NCBI GenBank assembly: GCA_002269645.1
Contig: NIVC01001302.1
Span: 112,444-176,443, forward strand
Length of the DNA stretch: 64,000 bases
Reading direction: 5' to 3'
DNA from: Macrostomum lignano
Taxonomy: Eukaryota
Positions within the stretch are counted from its first letter, which is position 1, and each line of letters begins with the position of its first letter. Shown in pieces: positions 38,801 to 51,090 of this stretch. The translations under genes were made by a program, and so were the position numbers. The notes beneath the pieces were generated by a model. The model ran no database searches. It saw only the letters and a program-made list of their open reading frames with translations, and was not told the DNA's origin.

Positions 38801-40125
38801 TAGAAGTTTCTAAGGATCCAACTTCAAAGGGACACAAGGAGAGGCAGAGGCCATGAGTTTGCCTGACATTCTGTGCAGCACCCCAACCAACAATATTAAT
38901 GTTTGCTTCAAATACTAATTGTACACGAATGTACTCTATTTTATGTTTAACTCTATCCTAAATTCCTAACTATTAAAAAGTTTTTGTTTAAGTATGGGCT
39001 CAGATTTCTGAATAGATGCAAAAATAGTTCCAGGGGTTGGAATTCCCCGGGTTCAAATTCCGCGGGTTTCAACAGCTTGTGTCAGTATAAATATGAGAAA
39101 TAAAGTGCATTTTGTATTTCTAATCATGGCTGACTGAATTTATTTATATTTTAATTTTAAAATTCCTGACAATATAAAAAATAAAAGCGTAGAGATCGCA
39201 CAAAAGTTGCATAAGAAATGAATGCTCCGAAATAGGAAGAAACTGATTTTATACAGCGGATGACAGTTGGTACGATTTTTTCCTTGCTTTGTTGTCCCAA
39301 AACAAATTTCTGGATAAATATAGCTGCCTGAAGTCTCATTGAGGAAAACAGATAAAAGTGAAACATTTCTTTGGAAATAAATAAATAAAGGATCAACATC
39401 ACACAGAATTAGAGTGCAAGTTTTACAACTTTTGTATAGTGCTCAGTATTCTATTCTCTATTCATGTCAAAAGAATGAGAAGTTACATGGATGCCTTATA
39501 TAGTTTTCGTATTTCTGTAGCAAATGCATTTCAGTTGCTAGTGTATACAAAATCTAACAGAACTTTAAGAACCAATACAGACACCCGCATTTCAAGTAGC
39601 GATGAAAAATGTAGTTCTTTAACTGTGTCTAATTCTCAATACCATATTTTTCCTTGGGAATCTTTAGTAGCTACGGAAAAAATTGCTCTGATCGAAGCTA
39701 TTAATGCGAATTCAGCGTTTATCTACACGATTATATCAGACTACTTTACACAATCATTAGGTAAAAGCCAGATGACGCTTTAGATCGAGGCATGCCAACG
39801 CTTAAAAATGTTCGAAAATGTTTTTAATACTGTAGTGGCGCACGTGAGATTTCTTAGTGTAGAGATTTATAAAAACAGAATTAGATATCCACAAGAGGTA
39901 GCTATATATCAATGTTGCTGTTATAAAACATTTTTCAAGTATTAATATACGTTCGTGTACGAGTAACGTTTAAAAAAGTATCACAGAGTATAATACTGCA
40001 ATCAATGTTAATGGTTTTTTTAAAAACCGGCTGACCGTATAACTAAGAAGTCGTCGGTCATTCAAGTTTAAAGCTATAAACATGTAGTTATATGAGCTCA
40101 AATTAGCAAATGGCACTTCAGAAGT

Positions 40126-40948
40126 TTACGGATTGGTTAACAGATCGCGTGTTGGTGGAAGGTACAGCAGCTTAGAAAGAGTTGTCTCCGAACTCACAAC
40201 CTGAGCGCCGTTAGTCAGTTCCAGAACTCGCTTGACAACTTTAGGCAGCAGGTGAGTGAACTCAACAGATCGTAGGTCGGCGGCCAAGATTTCGTCTTTG
40301 AGCGCTTGAATAAATATGCAACCAGTGTTGGGATCTCGCCCCGACAGCTGACCTCTGCAAGCGCTGTAGATATACAGACAGTCTTGCCCGCGAATGACAT
40401 TGGCTGACTCTGCAGGATGGGAGGTACTCAACAAGCGGCAGGCCTGTACTATAAAAATCTTCGGCTTGCCCGCGAGGCTGTCGCACTGGCGCACCTGGTT
40501 GAACAAAAGCTCGAGTTCGATTCGCCGACCATCAGAACCAATTATATGGCCGTCCTCGCCGTGGCTCATAACGCAGAGCACGAACACATCGTGCTGCTCG
40601 TACTCTGTCTCATGCCTGTTTAGGCTGATTAGATTGTGGCTGTTGAAAAAGTGGCTACTCAAATTATGGTGAATCTCAACGCGCAATCCCAACTTGACGA
40701 AGGCTTGGTACAGTCCTGTCTCATGGGTGTCCGCCATCGCACCGTTTCTCCTGTCTGTATTGTCAAAATCCACATTATTTATCATGATGGCAACGCCTCT
40801 TGAGCTTGGCCTACTCAGCATCCGGTATCGGTCGTTGGGCAGAAGCGCAGGTAGCGGTAATTGTGCACTGATTGCTTCAGAAGCCTCAATTGATGGCATT
40901 TCCTGTGCAGCTTCTTGAGCTCGAGCATCGGTTTGGAGGCTGTTGATG
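40126..40948 (-). CDS. Caspase domain exon of paralog B
   Basis: RGVAIMINN, RRNGAMAD, VMSHG, KPKIFIVQACRL, YSA..G..SGR. Confidence 0.92.
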
Positions 40949-43900
40949 CTGGATTTAAAAAGTGGCTATAAATGTTCATAAAAGACGACAAATTCATATC
41001 CTACGTTATCAGAGGCAACGGTTATAAAATTGTGAAAGCTGGATCGATGTTTATCTAAAGAATATTTGCTCTGTCTACTCGTGAGTAGTGTAGTTAGGAA
41101 TTCTTTAGAATATGGATGCTTAATGCCGCATAAAGTTATACCCACGGACTACTTAAGTACTATCTACTAGTGGTCCTTGGTTATACCAGCTACGAGTATA
41201 ATGATGACAGATTACCTAGCTTTTTGGCCAGAAAATTAAGCCAAAACACCACTTGAATATAGCCTAAAGCAGTTACTTAGGCACGAGAGAAAGAGACTAT
41301 AAAAATAAAACTGCGAAACGAAAAGGCTTAAGTGTGTGCTTCTTATTTGATAGCGCTAGTTGGAATGAGATTACGACAATCAGTTTCATTCTCCACTACA
41401 CTGCTATACACTGTATCTCTAGACGCCTGCACCAGCAAATGCGCTGTAAAAGTTGTGCGCTTTTACGCTCACTGTGTGTAAGTCTAGAAAAGAAATTATA
41501 ATTTCAAATGTACACTCAAATACAGTTTTGAAGCGGAAGAAGTGTAAAGAGGTAAACTTGAGCAGAGAAAGAAGCCTTTACCTCAGCACAATCAAATTCG
41601 CAATCTTATGATGCTGCAAGTAAGTCGCCCACTCCAACGCGCTCATATTATACTCTCCACGATGTGTCCAATTCGACAGATTTTGCAGAACCTCACTCAG
41701 TTTTTCAATTACTCCAACGTGGTTTTCTCTAGCCGCCCAGATCAGAGGCGTGTTACCGCTAAAGTCTTCGGTGTGAGGCTCTGCGCCCAGAGAGAGCAGA
41801 ACGGCAACGCAATCCTTGTTCCCTCGCATAGCCGCGTGCGCTAGAGCCGTAAGCTTGGCTCGATCCTGAAAAGGTTGACAAAGAATCAGGCTTTGATCTT
41901 CTGGGTTGGTATCTCTGTCTCTTGATGGGCGCCCCTACCCGTGTCTCCTAGGCCGGTGAATACCACGTCCAAGGGTCGGCAAAAGTTAAATTCCTCTCAT
42001 TCGTTATTAGTGGAGATCGAGCTTTCTTTATGAGGGCGCTACAATGTTTGTGGGGTGCTGGGACCCTCTACGTAAGACATTGATACTGCTAGTTCTAACT
42101 CCACCATCTCCAACTGGCAAGCAACGTGATCCGGGGCTGAAAGCTCCTGCCCTCGTTCTGAGCAGCTGCTCAATACGCCAGGACCGTTCAGGCGGGGGCA
42201 AACGAGGACGCGGAGATACGTAGACTGCATCTTGAGCGATGCTGGGGCGACCGAAACCGTCAATGGGCCCGACATTGTCCTCTCGCTGGCACTTCGGCGC
42301 GCCTATCTGACGCTCCATCCACTGACTTACTAGGGGACTGTATCACGCCTTTGTTGTTGTTGTTAGTTCTAATTCCGAATACATGTATTCGCTATTTTAA
42401 ACTTTGCTGCTACTCTTACCCCTTGACTGAGATCGGTGGCTCCCATCTCGTGCAAAAGCTTTATTGTTGTCGGATAATTGTTTAAAGCGGCAAGCATCAC
42501 AGGCGTCTTCAGCGAGTTGTCTGGCGTGTTAACGGCTCGCTTAAGATCTTCTTTGTCAACCGACTGACGCAACTTACTTAGCGTCGTATTGTCCCCGTTA
42601 CTACTAGCAACCGCTACCTGCGTCTGTCCGAGCGAATTGTAACTTTCTAGAACAGGATTTCTTACAGGCAAATAAGACTCAGCTTCACTTATGTGTTCGT
42701 CGGCAGACCCTGGCCTTGTTGCAGGAGACGAGCGAATTTGGCGACTGGGTGCAGGGAAGACAAATTCTGTGGTGCTTTTTTCTCAGAATGTGGAGTAAAT
42801 ACCAGGCGCTCGGAATTCTCTGCTGCTGCAGGGCCCTCAGATTTATGAGGAAGTCTAAAATCCAGTTTTTTCATAGCGAATTAGTGTATATAATTCGGCA
42901 GACAATTGCGTAATGTATAATTCTTAACTGAAACGGCGTCCGGATACTCGTAAGAGTGAAAATAAAAATTACTCACTGAACTGTGTCGAAATAATCCTTG
43001 CCTTCATATCTGAAAGGTAGTTTAAATGCATATATAATATACGAACGTATTTTCACAAGTCAGACTTCAGATGATCAAATAAGTCAAACTTTTACTTCCA
43101 TAATGGCATCAACCTAAGCTTCTAGTGTGAAACTAACAAGGTCTAACACGCATCCTTTAATTAGGATTTAGGAGCCTTAGAAATTTCTTTAGTACGAGTA
43201 CTACTTAACTAACAAATCTTACTCCTCAAGCAGCTTCACAAGCGAATGCTTGTTGCTTTTCCGAGCCAGTTGCAAAGCAGTGCATCCGTTTCGGTCTCTT
43301 AAATTCCAGTTAGCATCATTCTCCAGTAGTTTTTTGGCCACCTGCACCGACTGTGAGTCACTGCAGCAGTCGCTACTGGCTAGGCGCATCAGCGGCGTCG
43401 ATCCGTCCTCTGCTGGAGCGTTCACATTGACGTCGAGTGCGATGAGCTCACGCACGGCTTCTAAATTTCCACTGTTTACTGCCGCGTGTAGGCAGGTGTT
43501 GCCAGTAGCATCTGCGCATGTTGGATCGGCTCTAATAGCTTCGTTCATGATGTCGCTGCACACTCCGGTTCCGCTAGAAATTCTCCACAGCTTGGTTCGG
43601 CCTTTCTCGTCTGGCACATCGCACTTGCAGATCGTTCGCTGGTGCTCGCAAGGAGCAACAGCTTGTAACTGGGCCAAATGGTCCTAGTGGAGTGTGAGCA
43701 GAGTAAAATGGCATTCAGTTAATCAATTCTAACGAAGTTTTAATCTCCTTGGCAAGAAGTTGTGACTTTAAAATTTTGAAAATTTATAGAAAAAAAACAA
43801 AATCTAAAATTTTGCATTGCGTACAATTTTGAGCCATCAACTAAAATAGCAACGAGGGGCAGAGCAGATGAGTGATAAACGCGTCTGGCTATTGCGTCAC

Positions 43901-45562
43901 GACCCCTGATTCGATTCATTTGGAAATTTGGCCAGAGGCTTGCCGTGCGATTCAACACCCAGGAGAGCCAGCTGCCAAAGCACAGAGAGTGTACATGCTT
44001 GATGATTAGAAAGTCAGGGCATGTGTATGAGTGCGTGTCTGCGTATAGCATTGGTGCTCTTGCTCAGGAGTCAGCGAATGGGCAGAATTGTCTCAGCCGG
44101 GATGATGTCGCCGAATGCGTTGTATCGGGCTGCCGGCCACCGCCTTTGTTTTTACTAAAACTGTAGCAAAGTAAAATGTTTGTTTTTAAGCGTCCCCTGT
44201 ATGAGTTAACTTACAGGGATGTGCCAATCACAACCAGCAGATGGTCTAAGTCCGAGTTCACTAAAATTTTCAATAATTAATAGTTTGTAATAATTCTGGT
44301 CTAATCCTGTATCGGACAAACTGTTGCAAATGTCAATAAGCCAGTCCAACCTACAACTCGATCATTTCTTCAATTTTGGCTCGCTTTGCGATATCCAAAG
44401 CTGACAGACCTTGACAGGATTTCATCTCATTCAGGTATTTCGTCTTGAATTGATGATATTTGTTCTGCCGAAAGAGATGCAACAGGTGTTTAATGCACCT
44501 CCATTTGCCAGCTTCCAACGCCACCATGAGAGGCGTGAGGCCCTGGTAATTCTGCAGCCACTTCGATTCAAACGCTAGCAAAGCGAGGAGTTGCAGATTA
44601 TTGTTTCCCGCCGCCAGGTGTGCGGCTGTGTCCCCCTTAGAATCCGTAGCGGAAGGATTGCAGCCTAAGTGGATCATGTAGTCAGCGCATTTTGCTGTTC
44701 GCCTCGCGTAAGTATCAGCGTCTGCTAGCATCAACAGGACGGTGCGACCTTGCAAGCCGTGCATCTTCATTAGTGTCGGATTTGCCAGCTTACGGACACT
44801 GTCAAAGTCTCCTTCCTTGGCAAATTTAACTAGCTGATTCATGGCCTGCAAAATGTGTTTTTTACATAATTGAAGTTTAATCAATGCAGTGTTTGCCTTT
44901 ATTTTTAGGAAGAGGCAAGTGTCAAATTCATCGATTTTGTTATTCTCGATTAAACTTTGAGGGTCTAAAGTCTCAAATGATTTGACTCAAATCCAATGAT
45001 CAGACTACCTGGCTCTTACCTCATTCAAAGACAGAGCATATTCCTCTGGAAAGTAGTCTACTTTGCCGTTTAAATATGCCAGCCACTTTCTTCGATGCTG
45101 AGTCGGCCTGCGCAAAGTCCAGACAATTTGTCCGGCTTTGATTTCGACGCCGAAAGCGGAATAATTATGCATCGCAATTGCCAGGTCATCGGCTTCACCG
45201 AAATCAAACTTATCAATAGGCAAGGAATAAGTGCTCCCGGCGCAGTAGAATGAGCAGCCAGGCGGTTTGATGCTCAGCTCGGTAATTAACACCTTTGTGC
45301 CACCTGGCAACCTGTTGAAGTCTCGAAGTAGCCGAGCCTGAATGCATCGCTTGAGACCGTCGCTAGGGAATGATCCAGTTTCTCCAGTGGACTCTTTTCT
45401 GCCCTTGATAATATCTTTACTAAACAGAGGCGAATCGGTCAAAACGAGATCGCCTGTCTCCAAGCTCGTCTTCGGCTTGCCATCTGCCAAGGTCGATGAC
45501 GATAAGCAGCGAGTTGCTACATACGAGTAGTAGCACTTCTGAGCTGAGCTGCTGCTGCTCAT
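40126..45562 (-). CDS. SH3-ankyrin-caspase fusion gene, paralog B (about 1027 aa if a 1-bp frameshift near 42776-42781 is corrected)
   Basis: Exons 45562-45020, 44845-44355, 44260-44215, 43683-43223, 42854-42420, 41865-41582, 40948-40126; GT-AG, same phases as A and C. Confidence 0.7.
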
Positions 45563-48500
45563 TCTGGTGTGTTTGGGGTAGAGTATTTGTTTAAATTATA
45601 TGCTTTTATGTAGCTGCAAGTATTGCATTTGTTATCCCATCTCAGTTTATGAGCACCCGATCTCAGCCATGCATAGAAATCATCAAATGGATCAAAGAGC
45701 CTGAGTCTCAATTGCGCCATAAAAGAACAGATGGTCTGCTATGAATGCTCAATGAATTGACGGAGTCTGGATGCTCGTGGCTGCATGGCTCTGGTTGTCC
45801 CAGTGATCGGAGATTGTCTATGCGGCGAACCCCTCCTTAACAGCGACGGTTGCATGAGATCGGATGCTCGAGGTTGAGTTTACGTGTCATGAAACACTAC
45901 GAAACACTACGCCATCCTCTATCGCTACAATAGATTTTTACGCATGGCTGAGATTGGTTGCGAAATGCAATTTATAAAAAATGAAGCACACCACCATAGA
46001 AGCATATGTTTTCAGTTTTGTGTAGCTAAATTGAAATTCGCCTTCGTAGATTACCAAAACTTTAAATAACATTTATTTTATTCTCCTATGGAACAATTGA
46101 GAGCCTTCCATAGTTTGGCTATGCAAATTTTGTTTTAACTCCACTGGACGAATTTTTAAACAAATTTCGACCCTAATCTATATATAAAACTAAATCGATA
46201 GCACTATATATTTTATTATCTTTTCATATTGTAGCATGGTACAAACTGGATAGGCTCTACAAGCTCTAGCTCTCTCTTCAGACTACAGAACTTCAATGCA
46301 AATACTCGAAATTCTGATGAACACCTTTTAGCCAACACAGTTAATTTCGTACAGTAATGCATATGTACCTGGATTTCTTTTCGTAACTCAAGTTCACTAG
46401 CGTCATATTTTTGAGATTGTTTTGGTTGGTAAATAGTTGCCAAATGCAACTGTACGTCCTAAAAATGACATTGACAGTTAATGCAATGTGTTAATTTTGT
46501 TTTAATTTGGGTTGTTATTTATATGTAGTTGCTTAACTCATATGAAAAAATATACGAGTGCAAGCTAAATAGACAGCTAAAATTTGAGTACTTACCGTTT
46601 AGTTTATGATACAGTGGTCAGTGAACTAATTCTTGAGTGTAATAATTAATTCAAGATTATAATCACGAAAATGTTTTAACTTGTTGTTTAAATACGCCGC
46701 GAGAAGAGCTTGGTTAGTCAATATAACAAATTATAGTGGATATCGATAATTAAGCAATTATAATAGAGATCCATATTAATAAAAAGACTGATTTAATATT
46801 TTAAAAAAATCTTACTTTATTTAAAATGAAGGAGCTAATTGAAACTATTACGAATAACTAACTAGAAGCGTTTTGAAGATTGATGATTAAATTTTCATTC
46901 TGTTTTAAAGACGCGTAGTGCGGCTTTGTCTGCTGTTGTGCGCGTACGTTGTAGTTTTCAAATTGCATGAAGTAAGCAGCCAAAAAAACACGGTTTAAGT
47001 CAATGGCGCAGGTGTCTGGATCCTATAATACGAGAGTATATAAAGCAATTCAAGCAGCAATCATGACTTTTATTTTGAAGCTGTACGCTAACCTAACAAA
47101 ATAATTTACATGTTCATGTACTACATACATATGATGGGTTCGGCCTTTTTAAGCCTATAGCTTCGGGCCTCAGAATTCAGAAATGAATCACTTAGAACTC
47201 TGGCCTCTCACTCCTGTCAGATGGTCAGCCCCATGGTAGCTAGATTGTGGGCGAGCAGCAATGTCCTATAGCTAAGAGAAGACAGCGAGAGACAAGCAGG
47301 GAGAGTTTGAAAGGTAGAGATTAGCTAATCCGCAGATTAACTAACCCGCTGCCACCAGTCCGTGCGCCCCGGCTCACCAAACGGGAGCTATCGAAATCGG
47401 ACTTCCGACTAGAGGGGCACTGCACTTACCTGCCATCTAGTGTCTTTTAGCTGTCTAAAACTCGAAGTCATAGCCGAATAGAAGGGACGCTGCTGGGACT
47501 AAGATCGCATTGGCCATGCAGGGACAGAGAGGATTTTTGCAGGGGTTCTTGCGCTGGCGAGCCTTCATACACTACTAAATGCACTATTTCATTACCAAAT
47601 TCCCAGAAGTACATTTATAAGTACACGCAACTGCACGCTTTTGGCACTAAATGTGTTAACACGTCGACAGATAGCGATGATGTAGATGCATTTTCACTTT
47701 CGGAGATCTTTAGACTAATATTTATCTCGTTTTATAGCCGCTTAGCTGCCTGAGACTGCGCGAAAGCACCAGTCTGGCACTTAATTCGCATGCTTATCAT
47801 GATTTCTGAGATCGACTGATTGACTGGGAACTGCGCCGCCTCCGGTCCACCGTGACCTCTGCCTCTAGATTTAGCCGCTCATCTCAGCTGGCATTGCGAA
47901 AAAGAAAGAAACGCTAAGTCTTTAACTTCCAGATTTAACTTTCTCACTTAATCCGCAATCCTAAACACTTTAGATTGAGTTGGAGCGAATGGCTACTTTT
48001 AATATTAACTGACACTTCTGCCTCGAGATTGACACACAAAAGCAAGTAAGCAAAAGTGCAAATCCTATCAGACTACCTAGGAAGGGGTCAGACAAAGGGT
48101 GCACCCAGTTAAGCAGGTCAAGAAAGCCTCTCACCCAACCAATCAGAGGACCTATCTGCCGGTAGCCAAGGAATCCACAGAGACCGCAGCGCTCAGACGG
48201 GATGCTGCTGCTGATCTTGACTGACGATCGCTGCCGCTACTCTTCACTTGCCGATGGTCGGTGCTGCTTTTGGTTCGCGGCCGGGAAAGACTGGTGACGT
48301 CTCCCGAGGGAAAAATTAGCTGCTGAAGCCGAAGCTGCCGGGGGAAGGGGGACCAGATGCCGAAGGGGCAGCCGGAACAAGATACCAGCAAGCCCGGAAA
48401 CACCTGAAGGGTCGTGAAAGCAAAGGGTCCCTGGGTGTCCGAGGACGGTTTACTCGAGCGCGGGTCGAGTCGCCGCCTTTTATAGCTCTCACGCGGCCGA

Positions 48501-50424
48501 TTTGTTATTACGCACGCCGAATTTTCTGATTGGTCGAGCCGGGGCAGTCAGGTCGACTCTGATTGGCTGAGTTCAAGACCCCAAAACCCACCCCACCAGG
48601 TGGCCTTCAGACCCCAGGGGAGCTGACAGGTGCGGTCATAAATCATGAGCAAAACCGAATAAAAGTCACTTGTCTAGACATCCTACTGGCACCAAAAGTG
48701 ACTGCAAAACGCCCATAAACCAAAGGAGAAGGTAACAGAGCGAGTGGGGAGAAAGCTGGAAAGACCTCTTTGACCCAGACAAGCTGGAGCCAAAAGTGAC
48801 AGCTAGACGGCCATAAATCACTGAAAACAGTGAAAAAGCCGCAAATCTGGGAGTCAGAATGGGGTTAAAAACGTCGTTCCTCCCAGACTTGGTGTCGCCT
48901 GTCTAGACTGTTGGAGGTCAATCCGTCTCAAACCCAGACAGTCTGACCTTCAAAGGTGCGTAAACAATCCAAAATTAGAATCCTAAGAGAAGTACATTGA
49001 GTTTCTAACATAACTAATAGTAATGGCATAAATTAGTATAGAACTTAGCCTAGATGAGAGAATGGAGAGAAATTCCTAAGCTGGCCTACTGACAGTAGGG
49101 GAAAAGCGCATCGAAGCAAAATGTGCGGTTCTAAGATTGAAAAAAAGTGCGTCCTCATCACATAATATAATTACACTTGTAGTTGAAAAAAATATGTCTC
49201 TACAGAAGCCAACTTGACGATAAAATATCAAATGTTCAAACACTTTAAGTATATGTAAGTATAAATACAGTACATTCATGTACGTGCCATAACAAATACT
49301 GTATGTATCTGCTCCATTTAGCTCCAGCACATGTAAACATGTAAATGTAATTTAAATACCGTCTGGTATCTAATTTTTGTGTTACTTGCTTTACTCAATT
49401 ACTGGATAGGACTCTTGCTTGAGCTCCAGTCCAGATGAGACTCATCGGATGATCCACACAATGCACAAGCCCACTCTTACTTTAATTTGTGTCTTTAGCA
49501 ACTTCTTGGTCGTTGGATTGTCGTTCGACAAGACAAGAAGCTGGGTGCAGTGTCAGGGTCTTCTCTATAGTCTGCAGCTCTGCATACTCGAGGCTGGCAC
49601 GCATCTACATGTAAAACTTCTCAGTAGATACTAAGGTAATTCAGGAAGGCAGTAAAATCACCCATTGGGCAATTGCTTTGTGTGACGAGTAATAGCCTAG
49701 TAAAATGTCCCAATGTGCCGAGAGGGATTTTAAAAGCTACATGTATGCTGCACGCTCGTATGCAATTTTAAGTATTGTGACGTAACCCGGGCTGCATTGA
49801 AACACCTGTACAGTGTGCAACCTCTGGGCTCTGGCGCTGAAAGGTACAGCCGCTAGCAAGGCCTCGTCTACCAGACTTTGTACGCCTTTGGATGGTGCGG
49901 TAGCTGCGTTGCTGCCAAGAAGATCCCAAACAAGGACCACTAGAAGTTATTTATAGCCATGAGTCCACGCGTAGGGTGATTACGTGAGCGTGATGAGTGG
50001 CATTGAAGGCGGTGACCTGTCCTTGACCTCCATTACCAAGCAACCCTGATGACGTCACCCACCAACCGCACTGTGATTGGACAAGAAGTTGGGGTGGGGC
50101 GCAGCGAAGAAAATGATTGATAATAGGGGATTACGTGCATGTATTGTAATAGGCGGGGAAAAGCTTGGGGAGATATGGGGGGTCGTAAAGCTGTCACACG
50201 CATGAATTATGAATTCGAACAATATAAAGTTGTTGCTTGGGGAGTACGGTGGGCGATAAACATGAGTCATCATTGGGATGAGTCATCACGGGGGACAGGA
50301 ACCACAAGGAAGGAAGGGGAGGTGCGCAAAGATTAGTGGGGGCAGGATGTTTGATTATCTGACATTCTGACGCAGCTCCAGCCTATTCTGATCAAACTGG
50401 CTCATGTACAGTATTGCTCCTACA

Positions 50425-51090
50425 TCAGATTGAATTTCCAAACGCCATGAGCTCGCGAATGGTAAGGGCTAAAGGCGGGTCGCTGCGACTCACGACTCGG
50501 ATTCGAGAGACGAAGGCGTTGCAGGTGAAGTTGGCCACGGAGAACGGCACGCTGACGTTCACCTGGTTGGACATGGACCCGTCCACTTGCAGGTCGAACT
50601 TGTTGAGCCTTTCAGCGCAGCAGCCCTGCCTGTTGTAGATGGTAACGAAAGTCACAAATGACTGGGCTGTAAAGCTGCCCTCCCACTACTTGTATTGCCG
50701 TCGATGGCTCCATTGAAGGGGTAGGGATAGACCGGTTCGGTTGAGCTCTGGCCGCAGCCCGAAAACGACAAACGCTTTGAGTTTGACGTTGAGGTAATCC
50801 GGTGAATTTCATCTGCATGTTTAGTTGAACTCATTTTTTTAATTTTTAAAGCCAACTTCCAAGTAGATAAAAATCTATGCAGCTGACCTACCGGCCACGA
50901 AGACGTGCCGGTGCTGACCCATGCCCTAGCGTTGAAAAACGCCTGCAAGTTGAACAGCCGACACGCTCCGAGCAGCCAGTAGAAGCCGAAGCAGTCCGGT
51001 CTGAAGCCGCAGCCGATGAGAAACTCCGATGGAGCGACAGCACTGCTCGTTCTGGCCGCGGTGAAATGTACAGTCTGGACGGAAGCCTCT
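50425..51090 (-). pseudogene. PAN/apple-like + F-type lectin (fucolectin/FTP) gene remnant with frameshift
   Basis: GCGFRPDCFGFYWLLGACRLF exon; next exon QSST...AIDGN, then a different frame WEGSF...VTIYNRQGCCAERLNKF...LTIRELMAFG. Confidence 0.6.

Noticed and set aside
37440-38837. Leu/Ser-rich minus-strand ORFs
   Set aside because: Products of the CT-rich strand of a polypurine tract
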